64,000 bases of DNA from an uncultured Verrucomicrobiales bacterium (GCA_938091905.1 CALKOM010000115.1:1-64000), one strand, 5' to 3'. Numbered from the stretch's first letter, positions 11,261 through 21,989 are shown. Program-made: numbers and translations. Notes: generated by a model from the letters alone, not told the origin.

Positions 11261-12105
11261 TTGACCATCGCGGGGATTCCTGACATACTCTTTACTGTGA
11301 ATTATTTGTGGATGCTAGCGATGACGTTCTTCTTTGGGCTGAGCCTTGGATTGCTTTCGGCGCGGACGTGGACAGATGTTGATGGCCGAACGATAGATGC
11401 GGAGTTTGACTCCTATGATCCTGACGCTGGAAAGGTGACGATCTTGCGGGATGGTAAAGCCTTCCGCGTGGCGTTAGAGACGTTCTGTGAAGCTGACATC
11501 GCCTAAAAAAACGCATTTGGGTCTTCAAAAGCAGGGTACAGGAAATGGATTCGTTTTAGACGACGATGAGCCCGTTTCGGAATTTGAGGATTGCAAAGCG
11601 TTCTTGGACTATCATTTCGTAAAGTGGTTACTGGTCGAGTTCGCGAAAGATGAGACCACGGGCAAGGCAAAGTTGCATGTCTTGAAAGCGCAGGACGTGT
11701 GGGTCGAATGGCAGGGACATTACTATGCTGGGATCCTTTTTCGCATGCCCGAATGGTAAGACAGTGACTTCAAATGGTTCAATGTCTTTGAGCGGAAGAA
11801 AGAGCACGAAGGTCGCGGCTTCGCTTATAAGTGGAATCTTCACAAGCCGCCAAACACTCGGATAAAATTTCGAAAGTTCACCAAGGTCAACGTGGCTGCT
11901 TATCGAGATCTCAAAGCGATCTATCATCCTTAGGCGAAACGGTTGACGAAACAAAGTCTCGGCCGTTCGTTTTTCAAGGCTGGGGAGCAGTATGTGATTT
12001 GGATGCGGTTCAATGATCACGATATGCCGAACATCGCTTTTTCGCTGGGGATTGAATTCGAGCGTGGCAACGACGAGTACGGGCGATTGATATCAGACTG
12101 GTAGA
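11261..12105 (+). pseudogene. SHD1-like domain secreted protein, fragmented
   Basis: Signal peptide + ARTWTDVDGRTIDAEF...VTILRDGK.F.V.L..F.EAD, then stops and frameshifts (11487-11759 and beyond); 3' end approximate. Confidence 0.6.
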
Positions 12106-12290
12106 ATGAGGATGTGCCTCACTCCATTGATGGTCGATCGCGCCTAAGCTCTGAAGTTCGTGGCTTCAGTGATTGACGAATGACACTTATTCGGGTGGAG
12201 CTGAACCCAGACCGACGGCGTTGGGCGTGGGAAAGCGTCTATGAGAATCTCCACTTGCCGCAAGGACGGACGCGCTCCTAGATTCCAAGT

Positions 12291-13838
12291 GTGTTTCGCC
12301 TAACGCTTCTTTCACAGTTCTTAGCGCTCTGCGGCGTGATAAGTTGCCTCGGGCACCCAAATCACCAGCTCGATCTCACCTACATGACGCCCGGGAAGAC
12401 ATGGGAGAACGACGGACTTCCGATTGGAAATGGTTACTTTGGTGCGTTGGTGCTTGGCGGTATTTCCGAGGATAGGATTCGGCTAACGGATCCCTCTCTC
12501 CGAGATGAGGGTGGGCGCGTGCTGCCCTTGGCCGACCTGGTTATCGCCACGGGACACGAACCGGAGAACGCACGAACGTTCCTGAGGCGGCTTGATCTGC
12601 AAACGGCTGCGGTGGAAGTGAGTTACCGAGATGGGCGTTTGCGGCACCGCCGCGAATACTTTGCCTCTTATCCTGACAGAGTGCTTGTTGGGCGACTCAG
12701 AGCTGTGCGCAAAGGGTCGCTCAATCTTTCGCTTTCATGGAAGAGTCCTCAGGAAGGTGCTGCGGTGACTTACGACGCGAGGACGCGTCGGTTTGGCATC
12801 TCGGGAGTAGGATTCGAAGCCCAAGTGGAGGTCCGGCTAGTAGGCGGGACCCTTACGAATAAGGGAGCGGACGGTATACGCATTGAAGGTGTCAATGAAG
12901 TCGCATTGATACTCACTGTTTCCCAAGGGGAGACGTTTGCGGCTGGGGAGCATTTGAATGTCTTAAAAGAGAAGGAAGCTCGGGTGCTCTTCCAGAACCA
13001 TATTTCGGACTATCAGGACCAATTTCATGCGATGTATGTCACGCTGGAAGGTGGTGCCAAGTCGAATCTGGAGACGGCGAAACGACGGTTGCTCTACGCA
13101 GAGAAGCCGGAAGAGGATCCTGGTTTCGAAGAGTTGCTCTTTCAATATGGGCGCTATCTCTACCTTTCGTCAGCTCGCCCAGGTAGCGTGGCTCCGCCAC
13201 ACGGACGCGGTATTTGGTGGTTTACGCCCAAGGAAGAAACACCGTTAGACAATCGCGTTCTAACGGGTGGTTTGGCTGCCTTGATTCAACCGGCTTACCC
13301 AAACGATCCCATGAATTGGGAGAACGCCTTGCCTTGGTTAGACGAACCGGGCTCGGCGCTGGGGCACGTTTCCCATCTTTTTATGGAGGCAACCAAGGGC
13401 CGCTCAGATGAGGCGTATGGCCAATTCCGTAAGCTGTTGCAATCGTATCTGACCGACAATCTCCTGACTACTGATCAGAATATCGCGGCGAACATGAGCC
13501 TAGTGCGTGGGGTGCGAAAGCTCTTTGCGGAAGAGAAGGAAGGCGTCCTCCATCTTGCCAATAACTTACCGAAGCACTGGTCTGACGGGAGCATCGTTGG
13601 CATGCGTACACACAACTTCGAAATCGCGTATGTGTGGCAGGATGGTAAATTCTTCGAAGGGTATCTCACTCGTCAGGCGGCCGGTAGGGCCTCGTTAAAG
13701 ACAAAGGCTCGTTTGCTCTTGGACCGGTTCGGCGACGATGAAGTGATTCGATTGACACCGGATTCAGATGGTCTTGTGCATTTCTCCATGGAGGGGGAGA
13801 AGACGATGCGGTTGCGCCTCGCGAATGAGGAGAATTGA
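12291..13838 (+). CDS. GH95 (alpha-L-fucosidase)-like protein with internally shortened catalytic domain
   Basis: LPIGNGYFGA, RRLDL.TA, REYFASYPD, LLFQYGRYL, LPKHWSDGSIVGMR; only 515 aa. Confidence 0.8.
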   Translation: MFRLTLLSQFLALCGVISCLGHPNHQLDLTYMTPGKTWENDGLPIGNGYFGALVLGGISEDRIRLTDPSLRDEGGRVLPLADLVIATGHEPENARTFLRRLDLQTAAVEVSYRDGRLRHRREYFASYPDRVLVGRLRAVRKGSLNLSLSWKSPQEGAAVTYDARTRRFGISGVGFEAQVEVRLVGGTLTNKGADGIRIEGVNEVALILTVSQGETFAAGEHLNVLKEKEARVLFQNHISDYQDQFHAMYVTLEGGAKSNLETAKRRLLYAEKPEEDPGFEELLFQYGRYLYLSSARPGSVAPPHGRGIWWFTPKEETPLDNRVLTGGLAALIQPAYPNDPMNWENALPWLDEPGSALGHVSHLFMEATKGRSDEAYGQFRKLLQSYLTDNLLTTDQNIAANMSLVRGVRKLFAEEKEGVLHLANNLPKHWSDGSIVGMRTHNFEIAYVWQDGKFFEGYLTRQAAGRASLKTKARLLLDRFGDDEVIRLTPDSDGLVHFSMEGEKTMRLRLANEEN

Positions 13839-13897
13839 TTAGGCTTGTGTCTTTCAGGTGAAGGCCTAGGTTCGCAGGCCTCTCCCCTACCTGTTTG

Positions 13898-15253
13898 ATG
13901 TATTTTCAAAGCCTAACTAGACGCCGTGGTATCGGTGCCAATTCCTACCTGCTTGATCTTGATGGAGCCCGCATTGTGTTTGATGCGGGAATGGATCCAA
14001 AGGCTGAAGCGCTCGAGAGCACTCCCAACTACGACCTCCTCCCGTATGATTCGGTTGATGGGATCATTGTTTCACATTGTCATTTGGATCATGTGGGGAG
14101 CTTGCCGGTTCTCATGCGGCAGCAGCCGAGGGCGCGAGCTTACATGACGGAACCCTGTGGCGAGTTGAGCGAAGCCATGCTACATAATTCGGTCAATGTC
14201 ATGACAATGAAGCGTGATGACTTGGAGATCAGGGATTATCCACTCTTCACGCATCGAGAGATTGATCAGGTCCAACACGTCTGGGAATACGTGCCGACCG
14301 AGAAGACGTTTAGAGTCGGCGATGATGTGGAAGTGGATTGTCGATTTTATGACGCGGGGCACATCATGGGTTCTGTCGGAACGATGATCACGCACAATGA
14401 CAAACGCATCTTCTATACAGGCGATGTGAATTTCGAGGACCAGACGCTTTCAGTGGGAGCTCAATTCCCCCGTGATCCGGTGGACGTGCTTATCATGGAA
14501 ACCACCCGTGGTGCGGTGCAGCGCGACGAAGCTTACACTCGTGATCGCGAGATCAAGCGCATGGCAGAGGCGATTTGCGGGACACTCGAACGCGAAGGTT
14601 CTGTCATGATTCCGATCTTTGCCATGGGCAAGACGCAGGAGGTGCTCATGGCTTTGCATTTGCTGAAGAAGGAAGATCTCATTCCTAGTGCTGCGATCTT
14701 TATCGGTGGTCTGAGCACGAAGATGACGATGATCTATGATCGATTCATGGACAAGGTTGCTCGCAATCATCGTGGTTTTGAGATTCTCAAACAGATGGAA
14801 CTGACAGTGGCGTCAAGACGGCGTAAACGAGATATTCGTTACAATCCGCACTGCATCTATGCTCTCTCCAGCGGCATGATGAGCGAGAAGACGGTGTCTA
14901 ACAAATTTGCTTTTGAATTTCTTGATAATCCTCGCAATAGCCTGATCTTTGTGGGCTATGCTGATCCAGATTCGCCTGCGGGTAAGATTCGAGCGGCGAA
15001 GAAGGGCGATCCCATTCAATTAGATCCGGACCGGGCGCCGATTGAGTTGCATTGTGACGTGCACGAGTTCGATTTCAGCGGCCACGCCATTCGCGAAGAC
15101 TTGCGGCAGTTTGCCAATGATGTGTCTCCCAAGAAGATCGCGCTCGTGCATGGAGATGACGATGCATTTGAGTGGTTTGAGCAAACGCTAGGTCAAGATC
15201 TCCCAGAATCGGAAATCATTTTGATTGGTCCTGAAGATCGGTTCGAGATCTAA
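13898..15253 (+). CDS. Metallo-beta-lactamase / beta-CASP ribonuclease
   Basis: SHCHLDHVG, AGHIMGS, YTGD, METT, FSGHA, LVHGD. Confidence 0.92.
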   Translation: MYFQSLTRRRGIGANSYLLDLDGARIVFDAGMDPKAEALESTPNYDLLPYDSVDGIIVSHCHLDHVGSLPVLMRQQPRARAYMTEPCGELSEAMLHNSVNVMTMKRDDLEIRDYPLFTHREIDQVQHVWEYVPTEKTFRVGDDVEVDCRFYDAGHIMGSVGTMITHNDKRIFYTGDVNFEDQTLSVGAQFPRDPVDVLIMETTRGAVQRDEAYTRDREIKRMAEAICGTLEREGSVMIPIFAMGKTQEVLMALHLLKKEDLIPSAAIFIGGLSTKMTMIYDRFMDKVARNHRGFEILKQMELTVASRRRKRDIRYNPHCIYALSSGMMSEKTVSNKFAFEFLDNPRNSLIFVGYADPDSPAGKIRAAKKGDPIQLDPDRAPIELHCDVHEFDFSGHAIREDLRQFANDVSPKKIALVHGDDDAFEWFEQTLGQDLPESEIILIGPEDRFEI

Positions 15254-15259
15254 GAGACG

Positions 15260-15742
15260 ATGAAAGACCACAGCAATATCTTGCCTGGTGAAGGCATTGC
15301 AGGCGTGGTGCTTGGAATGAGTCAGAAAGAGGTCCGCGCTGTGTTAGGAAATCCCAGTGAGATGTCCACGGAGAGCTTTGATGATGGCACGGATTGGGTT
15401 TCCTTGGATTATGAGAAAGATGGGCTGAGCTGCGGATTTAGTTCAGATGAGGACTATGTGCTCGATCTCATTCGAGTGGAGCACCTGGACATGCGGCTCT
15501 TTAAGCAGAAGATCGAAGGGCTATCTTTTGAAGAGACGGTAGCGTTGTTCGAGGCGAACGGAGAGCAGCCCGACGGCCCTCCGGTTGAGCAGACCGATGA
15601 TGAAGGTAGAACGATCCTTACCTGTGACTTTGATGGGGTGTCCGTCTGGTTTATGAATGATGCCTTATGTATGGTGCAGATTGCCCCTCGGTGGCGGGAC
15701 GACGATACCCAGATCTTTCCGCATCGAACGGGGAGCAGCTAG
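15260..15742 (+). CDS. Hypothetical acidic protein
   Basis: Clean ORF 7 nt after the upstream stop; LGMS.KEV..VLG.P motif. Confidence 0.7.
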   Translation: MKDHSNILPGEGIAGVVLGMSQKEVRAVLGNPSEMSTESFDDGTDWVSLDYEKDGLSCGFSSDEDYVLDLIRVEHLDMRLFKQKIEGLSFEETVALFEANGEQPDGPPVEQTDDEGRTILTCDFDGVSVWFMNDALCMVQIAPRWRDDDTQIFPHRTGSS

Positions 15743-15933
15743 GCTTGTTAGGTTCCTACCAATCGCTTCACGCGTTGCTGCAAGAATGGCACCACCTCTG
15801 CCTCAAACTACGAGTTCTTCCTTAACAAAAGGTTGTTTCTCGGGCTCGGTTGAGGCATGGGGAGACGGTCTGGGGCGTAGGTTTGCTAGTCTTGAACGGT
15901 TTCCGTGACCGTCGCTTTCCGTTCAATACCCAG

Positions 15934-16332
15934 CTAGCGGATTAGAGCGTATTGACTCAGAAGGAGAGTGAATTCGATGTTAGGGATGAATGCCAAAAGG
16001 CGTTCAGGCCAGGTATCCGCGCACTCGAGGCGAGGCGGGAGATCGCCGGATTTCCCTTTGCCAGGATAGCAGAACCCCATGGGCATAATGGCAATCCTAT
16101 CGGAATCGTAGAAGGTCGCGTCGTCCACATCCATGCATTCGCGCAGGCGCTTGCCACTGGGATCATTCCAAAGAATGCCGGTTTCATGAATACGTGTTCC
16201 GGGTGCCTGGCCGATGATGAGAATTCGAGCTTTGTTACTAACCCTGAGCACGGGTCGTGGGCCCAGCGGCAAATACGCCGAGCAGATGTCGCATTTGCGG
16301 ACCTCGGCAGATAGGGAATTGAGCGTGTTCAT
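15934..16332 (-). pseudogene. Uracil-DNA glycosylase-like protein, C-terminally truncated
   Basis: C..C, ILIIGQAPG, W.DPSG.RLR, PMGFCYPG, DLPPR.EC. Stops right after QYA and lacks the HPSP motif region. Confidence 0.75.
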
Positions 16333-16444
16333 GAGCGTCTGACGGTTGGGCTTGGTTTGGAATTCCCAGAGGTGCTTGGCTACCATCGAGGATGGCTAAA
16401 GTGACTTGGAATAACGACTGGCATCCTGTTCGATTCTCTAGCAG

Positions 16445-17015
16445 ATGAGCGATCTTTATCCCTACCAGACACCGGCGTCTAGCCTGGACGATACCGCTCA
16501 CAGAAATTCGTCCGCAGTCGATGCCGAAGGGTGGTCCGAGGCCAGCCGTTGGCTGCGCCTCGGAGCCCGGTTCATCGATTTCGTCTTTATTGGATTAGCC
16601 TCGATGATCCTATTGTTGACCCTAATCTGGCTTGATTCTATTACTCGTTCTGATAGGCGATGGGTAGGGTTCATCGACGTCCTCGCCTCAGTGGCGGCCT
16701 GGGGTTCGTAACTACTGAGCAATGGTTACTGGCTGGCCAAGGATGGACAGACCGTGGGTAAGAGGTTGCTCGGTATTTACATGGTTTGTTATGAAACGAA
16801 TACGGTCCTGCCATTGGGACACATCATTCTGAAGCGCTACCTTCCGTTCTGGTTGTTGTCACTCATTCCCGTGTTTGGGGGGCTTTAGTGTGATTGAAGC
16901 TCTCTTCATCTTCGGTCAGGAGAAGCGCGGTCTCCATGACTTGGTCGCAGGGACTAAGGTCGTCGCCAAGCCTCCTTATGTCCACGATCCTCCTGCTCCT
17001 CCCAAGTGGGAATAG
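16445..17015 (+). pseudogene. RDD family membrane protein
   Basis: RW.RLGA.FID, in-frame TAA 16709-16711, then GQTVGKRLLGI, frameshift, KRGLHDLVAGTKVV. Confidence 0.85.
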
Positions 17016-17042
17016 GAGAATCCAGCGACTCTACGTGTCCAG

Positions 17043-18566
17043 TTAGTAAGACTTCGCGAAGACGATCCGCTTGCTGCTTGGCTTGCCAGTGTAGAAGCAG
17101 GTGCCTTCTTCGTTGTAGCGCTCATCGAAGGGAAGGCAGCGAATGGTGACTTGCAGGTCTTTCTTGATCGCGTCTTCGTCTTCATTGGTGCCTGCCCAGT
17201 GCGCAACGGCGAAGCCGCCAGCGGATTTCTCGTTCTGGAAAAAATCGTAGAAGGCTTCTTTGGTGTCAATGCTCACAGTATATTCTTCGCGAAATGCTAG
17301 GGCGCGTTTATAGAGGCCGTCTTGAATTTCTTGCAGAGTGCTGAGCGCTTGATCGACAAAGTCATCGGTGGGCAAGAAAGCCTTGTCTTTGGGACCTCTG
17401 TCGCGGCGCACGACGGCGACGCTGCCTTTTTCGAGATCGCGCGGCCCGATCTCGACTCGGATGGGCACGCCTTTCTTGATCCATTCCCAGTTCTTCACGC
17501 CGCCATTGAGATCGCGGTCATCGACTTTGACCGTGAGACGATCGTCGTGGAAACGAAGCGCTTTGAGCTTGGCCGCGAGGTCATTGGCAGCAGCGAGGAC
17601 AGGCTCGCGATGCTGTTCTTTCGGAATGACTGGCAGAATGACGATGTGGGTGGGAGCAATGCGCGGTGGCAAGACGAGACCGTCGTCATCGGCGTGCGCC
17701 ATGATGACGGTGCCGATCATGCGCGTGGAGACGCCCCAACTGGTGGTCCAGACGTGTTCGACATCGCCGCCGCGACCTTGGAAGGTGATGTTAGATGCCT
17801 TGGCGAAATTCTGGCCGAGGAAATGCGACGTGCCCGCTTGAATCGCTTTGCGGTCTTGCACCATGGCTTCGACACACAAGGTGTCTTCGGCTCCTGGGAA
17901 GCGTTCGTTCTCCGACTTCCGACCGGTGATGACGGGCAAGGCGAGGTGCTCGCGCATGAAGGTGGCATAGACACCTAACATCTTGTCTGTTTCCTCTAAC
18001 GCTTCGTCTTTCGTCTCGTGAGCAGTGTGGCCCTCTTGCCAGAGAAACTCAGCCGTACGGAGGAAGAGGCGCGGCCGCATTTCCCAACGCATGACATTGG
18101 CCCACTGATTGATGAGCAAAGGGAGGTCGCGGTAGGACTCGACCCAGCGGGCGAAGGCGGCTCCAATGATCGTTTCCGAAGTGGGACGAATGATAAAAGG
18201 CTCTGTCAGTTTGCCAGAGGGAACGAGTTTGGTCTTGCCATCGTCGTCCTTCTCCGCTTCCAAACGGTGGTGCGTGACCACAGCGCATTCGGTGGCAAAT
18301 CCCTCAGCGTGTTCGGCTTCTTTCTCCAGGTAACTTAGAGGAATGAGCAGCGGAAAGTAGGCGTTCTCATGACCGGTGTCTTTGAACATCTGGTCCATTT
18401 GCTGCTGGATGCGTTCCCACATGCCGTAACCCCACGGCTTGATGACCATGCAGCCGCGCACTTCGGAATTCTCGGCGAGATCTGCTGCGCGGACGACTTG
18501 TTGGTACCACTGAGGAAAGTCCTCTTCACGGGTGGGACTGATCGCGGTCTTGTTCTGCTTGGCCAT
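17043..18566 (-). CDS. proS: Proline--tRNA ligase (archaeal/eukaryote-type)
   Basis: RPTSETII, QWANVMRWE, FLRTAEFLWQEGHT, QAGTSHFLGQNF, TSWGVSTR, C-terminal FAKSY. Confidence 0.97.
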   Translation of the reverse strand: MAKQNKTAISPTREEDFPQWYQQVVRAADLAENSEVRGCMVIKPWGYGMWERIQQQMDQMFKDTGHENAYFPLLIPLSYLEKEAEHAEGFATECAVVTHHRLEAEKDDDGKTKLVPSGKLTEPFIIRPTSETIIGAAFARWVESYRDLPLLINQWANVMRWEMRPRLFLRTAEFLWQEGHTAHETKDEALEETDKMLGVYATFMREHLALPVITGRKSENERFPGAEDTLCVEAMVQDRKAIQAGTSHFLGQNFAKASNITFQGRGGDVEHVWTTSWGVSTRMIGTVIMAHADDDGLVLPPRIAPTHIVILPVIPKEQHREPVLAAANDLAAKLKALRFHDDRLTVKVDDRDLNGGVKNWEWIKKGVPIRVEIGPRDLEKGSVAVVRRDRGPKDKAFLPTDDFVDQALSTLQEIQDGLYKRALAFREEYTVSIDTKEAFYDFFQNEKSAGGFAVAHWAGTNEDEDAIKKDLQVTIRCLPFDERYNEEGTCFYTGKPSSKRIVFAKSY

Positions 18567-18575
18567 GCTAGCTGG

Positions 18576-19703
18576 CTAGCACGTTTCGAGGAAACCGCGA
18601 TAGAAATTCACGCCTTCTTCGAGGGATTCAATGCTGATCCATTCGTCCTCCGTGTGGGCCTGGTCGATCGAGCCCGGACCGGCGGCCACCGAGGGAATCT
18701 CTGCGGCTGCCAAATGCGCGGCATCACAGAACCACGGAGCGCCGACCTTCTTGCCGCTACCTGCGGCCGCAAGGGTGTTGACCATGGGATGGTCAGGATC
18801 CGTATTCAGAGGCTGACACTCAAGACCGACCTTGAGCTCCATTGCTTCGGGAACCTGTTCGCGAAGTAAATCTAACAAACCTCTCTTTGCGAGTTCGGGA
18901 GTGAGGCGAAAGTCTACGTTGGCGGTGGCCTTATCAGGGACGATGTTAGGCTGAATGCCGCCGCGTATTTGACCAATGTTCATGGTCGAGCGACCGAGCA
19001 CATCGTGTTTGAACGTGTCCAAGATTGGCTGAAAGGTTTGATCCAGGTGATCCAATACACGGGCGAGTTTGAGAATAGCATTGTCCCCAAGCTCCGGGCG
19101 GGCACCGTGTGCGGACTTCCCAGTAGCGATGAGCTGGACCCAGGTGGTTCCCTTGTGGGTGTAGACCACGTCCATATTCGTGGGCTCGCCGATGACGGCG
19201 AAGTCGTAGTTGGGATGGTGTTTGGCGAAGTGTCGCGAGCCGGGTTGGCTATTCTCTTCGCCCATGAACCCGACGAAGGTCACGTCCACAGGGAGTCTCG
19301 CGATCCTTTCGGGACCGAGCTCTTTGAGCGCCCAGAGCATGGCCGCCATGGTGCCTTTCGTATCTGCTGCCCCCCGCCCATAAAGTTTCCCATCCCGGAT
19401 TTCAGCGGCGAAGGGATCGATCGTCATTCCCTGAATGGAAACGGTGTCGATGTGGGGTCCCAAGATTACCTTTGGTTTGCCGGGATGATCGGCTGGGAAA
19501 TGAGCGATCACGTTGGGCCGATCTGGCTCGATTTCCTCTAGAACGACCTCAGCTCTCAAATCTTGGAGAAAGTCGGCAAGAAAGTTGGCACATTTGCCCT
19601 CCCCTAGGTAGGGTTTTGAGGCTGAATCGGGCGCGAAAGGATTAACGCTTGGGATTCTCACCAGAGTCTGGAGCAGCTCGACGACCGAGTTCGGTTTAGC
19701 CAT
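18576..19703 (-). CDS. M20 family metallopeptidase (ArgE/DapE-like deacylase)
   Basis: HIDTV, GRGAADTKG, GEE, GEPT, AHTEDE. Confidence 0.92.
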   Translation of the reverse strand: MAKPNSVVELLQTLVRIPSVNPFAPDSASKPYLGEGKCANFLADFLQDLRAEVVLEEIEPDRPNVIAHFPADHPGKPKVILGPHIDTVSIQGMTIDPFAAEIRDGKLYGRGAADTKGTMAAMLWALKELGPERIARLPVDVTFVGFMGEENSQPGSRHFAKHHPNYDFAVIGEPTNMDVVYTHKGTTWVQLIATGKSAHGARPELGDNAILKLARVLDHLDQTFQPILDTFKHDVLGRSTMNIGQIRGGIQPNIVPDKATANVDFRLTPELAKRGLLDLLREQVPEAMELKVGLECQPLNTDPDHPMVNTLAAAGSGKKVGAPWFCDAAHLAAAEIPSVAAGPGSIDQAHTEDEWISIESLEEGVNFYRGFLETC

Positions 19704-19764
19704 GAAGACAGCGTCCGCGAGAAGCCGTCCCTGGCAACTTTGGACTAGGATAAAAAAGAAACCG

Positions 19765-19794
19765 TTGACAACGAAGTCTGCGGAACGCTAGATC
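19765..19794 (+). promoter_or_regulatory. Possible sigma70 promoter
   Basis: TTGACA-18 nt-TAGATC, 40 nt upstream of the 19835 start. Confidence 0.35.
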
Positions 19795-19834
19795 AGCGGG
19801 CTTTCCAGCCCAAATACCCAACCAACTTTTAGGA

Positions 19835-20392
19835 ATGAGTGACGACACACCAAAGCCGCCAAAACCACCGACACCACCGACACCTCCAAGCGCAGACAAG
19901 ACCACAACGGTCCCTCTGAAGAAGGAGACGGTGAGGATCACGTTGAAGGCCAAGCCTGATGGCGCGCCGCCTGCGCCTCCCGCAGCCAAACCACCCGCAG
20001 CACCAAAGCCCCCGACAGCATCTGCACCAAAGCCGCCTACAGCCTCCGCTCCAAAAGCACCTGTAGTCAAGGCTCCGAGCGCACCTGCAGTCAAGGCTCC
20101 CGGCGCACCCGCAGCGAAAGCCCCCGCCAAGAAGAAGGCTGCTCCGGCCGCTCAAGCCCCGGCGAAGAAAGCTGTGTCTCCCGGCAAGACGGCACCTCTG
20201 CCCAAGGCAACAGTTAAGCTTCAGGCAGCACCATCAATGCCGAAAGCGCCTACGCTCAGCGGCGTTTCCGCGAGTTCGGTCATTGATGATGACGATGATG
20301 GTGGTGGGCTCCTTACTCCCGTCGCGATCGTGGCGTTTATTATCAGCCTCGTGCTGCTCGCCATCGAGTTGATGAACTACCTGCAAGCCTAG
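19835..20392 (+). CDS. Pro/Ala/Lys-rich protein with C-terminal transmembrane helix
   Basis: PKPP/KAP repeats, KKETVRITL island, acidic patch, then a hydrophobic tail. Confidence 0.85.
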   Translation: MSDDTPKPPKPPTPPTPPSADKTTTVPLKKETVRITLKAKPDGAPPAPPAAKPPAAPKPPTASAPKPPTASAPKAPVVKAPSAPAVKAPGAPAAKAPAKKKAAPAAQAPAKKAVSPGKTAPLPKATVKLQAAPSMPKAPTLSGVSASSVIDDDDDGGGLLTPVAIVAFIISLVLLAIELMNYLQA

Positions 20393-20417
20393 AAACCTTC
20401 TCACCCTTCAATAGACT

Positions 20418-20495
20418 ATGTTTCAAGCACTACTCGTCTTTGCTCTCGCTGTCGTCATCCTCGTTCTCGAGCTGATGTCGAAGGGCGTGATCTAG
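20418..20495 (+). CDS. Possible 25-aa single-pass membrane peptide MFQALLVFALAVVILVLELMSKGVI
   Basis: ATG-TAG frame filling the gap before trxA; hydrophobic; shares the ELM motif with the upstream protein's tail. Confidence 0.45.
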   Translation: MFQALLVFALAVVILVLELMSKGVI

Positions 20496-20566
20496 TCCGG
20501 CCAGGCGAACTCCGCCTAGCCCATATTTCGATTTGCATCGTCAGCCATGTCCGCCATTAGGTAGGC

Positions 20567-20893
20567 ATGGCTGATTCTATTATAACCATCACTGAGGATA
20601 ACTTTGATGCGGAGGTCACCCGGTCGTCCGTGCCCGTTCTTTTGGATTTCTGGGCGCCTTGGTGCGGCCCGTGCCAACAATTGAATCCAGTGATCGAAGC
20701 GCTGGCTGAGGAACTCGGGGACACGGCCAAGATCGGTAAAGTGAACGTCGATGATAACCGTGATCTTGCGGTGAAACTTTCTGTTCGCGCGATGCCTACC
20801 CTGATCTTCTTCGGTGGTGGTGAAGAGAAAGAGCGCGTCACGGGCGGGCTCAATCAAGAGGCAATGGCTTCTAAGCTGAAAGCCCTCGCCTAA
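20567..20893 (+). CDS. trxA: Thioredoxin
   Basis: DFWAPWCGPC, KVNVD, MPTL. Confidence 0.95.
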   Translation: MADSIITITEDNFDAEVTRSSVPVLLDFWAPWCGPCQQLNPVIEALAEELGDTAKIGKVNVDDNRDLAVKLSVRAMPTLIFFGGGEEKERVTGGLNQEAMASKLKALA

Positions 20894-20897
20894 GGGG

Positions 20898-21989
20898 CTA
20901 GAGTTGCATCCTTTCGAGGATGATCTCGGCCGTCTTATAGCGCGTCGGCTCGGTGGACCACAGTAACGCTTGCTCTCGTAGGTGGGGGAGGTTCCCCAAC
21001 ATCTTGCGGGCAGTGTCTGCCAGTTCTTCAGGTGGGCACCTGTTGCTCATTAGAGTGCCTCCAGCTTCAGCGACGTAAGGTGCGTATCCGCAGCAGGTTG
21101 TGCACGTAACCGGCAGGCCGTAGGTAAGCGCTTCAGTAAGCACCATGCCGGCAGTTTCGCGTTCTGACGGATGCACTAGTAGATCTGCCGCCTGCATCCA
21201 GGCTGGCAAATCGTTGCGAGCACCCAGCGGGTGCACTCGCGGAGCAACCTCCAGTGTCTCGGCCTGCCGTTGAATTGGGGCAAAGTTGTCCGTCCCGCAC
21301 ACGGCGAGATGAACGGAATCATCGAGCAATGCCAAGGAATCGACAATCCGGTCGAGCCGTTTGAGTCGGTAGTTTGATCCGACAAATAGTAGGACCTTGG
21401 CAGAGTCTTCCACACCGATCTCTTTCCGAAGGCGACTACGAACGTCATCGCGCGTCTCCGTAAAGGTGTCCGGTTTGCGGAGCCACGGCGGCAACAGCGT
21501 GAAACGTGTTTCGTTGAGTTGGTAGTGGCGCTGATAGTCCGCGATCTCTTTAAGGGCGAGAAAGAAGATGTGACTACGTGAGTTTGCACCGAAGATAGCG
21601 CGTTCATTGCGTAGTTGGGAATGGTAGCGTGGAAGAAGCTTCGCCCACGATGGTCTCCCGCTGTGCACGAATCGCTCGGCGATGCAGGCGTCGCCACAGA
21701 AGTGGAACGGCGCACCAGGAACACGGCTAAAACCGATGGAGGTATCGTACTCGCGAGATTCGATGATGGCACCACATGCATCAGCAAACCTGGTCGCCTT
21801 TCCATGGTTGCTACGTCCACCGCTATCAATCTGCCTAATCGAGGTGGAGTGAGGTTTAGCTCCCTCCCATGTGGAAACGACCAATGTGGCGTCGTGCCCT
21901 GCCTCGGTAGCAGCCTCTGTCAGGCGGATCGCGTCGCGCTGAAGCCCCCCGTATGGGAAATAGTGTTGGAGGAATACCGCAAGCTTCAT
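20898..21989 (-). CDS. GT4 glycosyltransferase, WaaG/RfaG-like
   Basis: YFPYGGLQRD, LFVGS...K.LDR, AADLLVHP..E.AG.VL.EA. Confidence 0.88.
   Translation of the reverse strand: MKLAVFLQHYFPYGGLQRDAIRLTEAATEAGHDATLVVSTWEGAKPHSTSIRQIDSGGRSNHGKATRFADACGAIIESREYDTSIGFSRVPGAPFHFCGDACIAERFVHSGRPSWAKLLPRYHSQLRNERAIFGANSRSHIFFLALKEIADYQRHYQLNETRFTLLPPWLRKPDTFTETRDDVRSRLRKEIGVEDSAKVLLFVGSNYRLKRLDRIVDSLALLDDSVHLAVCGTDNFAPIQRQAETLEVAPRVHPLGARNDLPAWMQAADLLVHPSERETAGMVLTEALTYGLPVTCTTCCGYAPYVAEAGGTLMSNRCPPEELADTARKMLGNLPHLREQALLWSTEPTRYKTAEIILERMQL

Noticed and set aside
19696..20130. Gly/Ala-rich minus-strand ORF
   Set aside because: It is the reverse complement of the Pro/Ala/Lys-rich gene.
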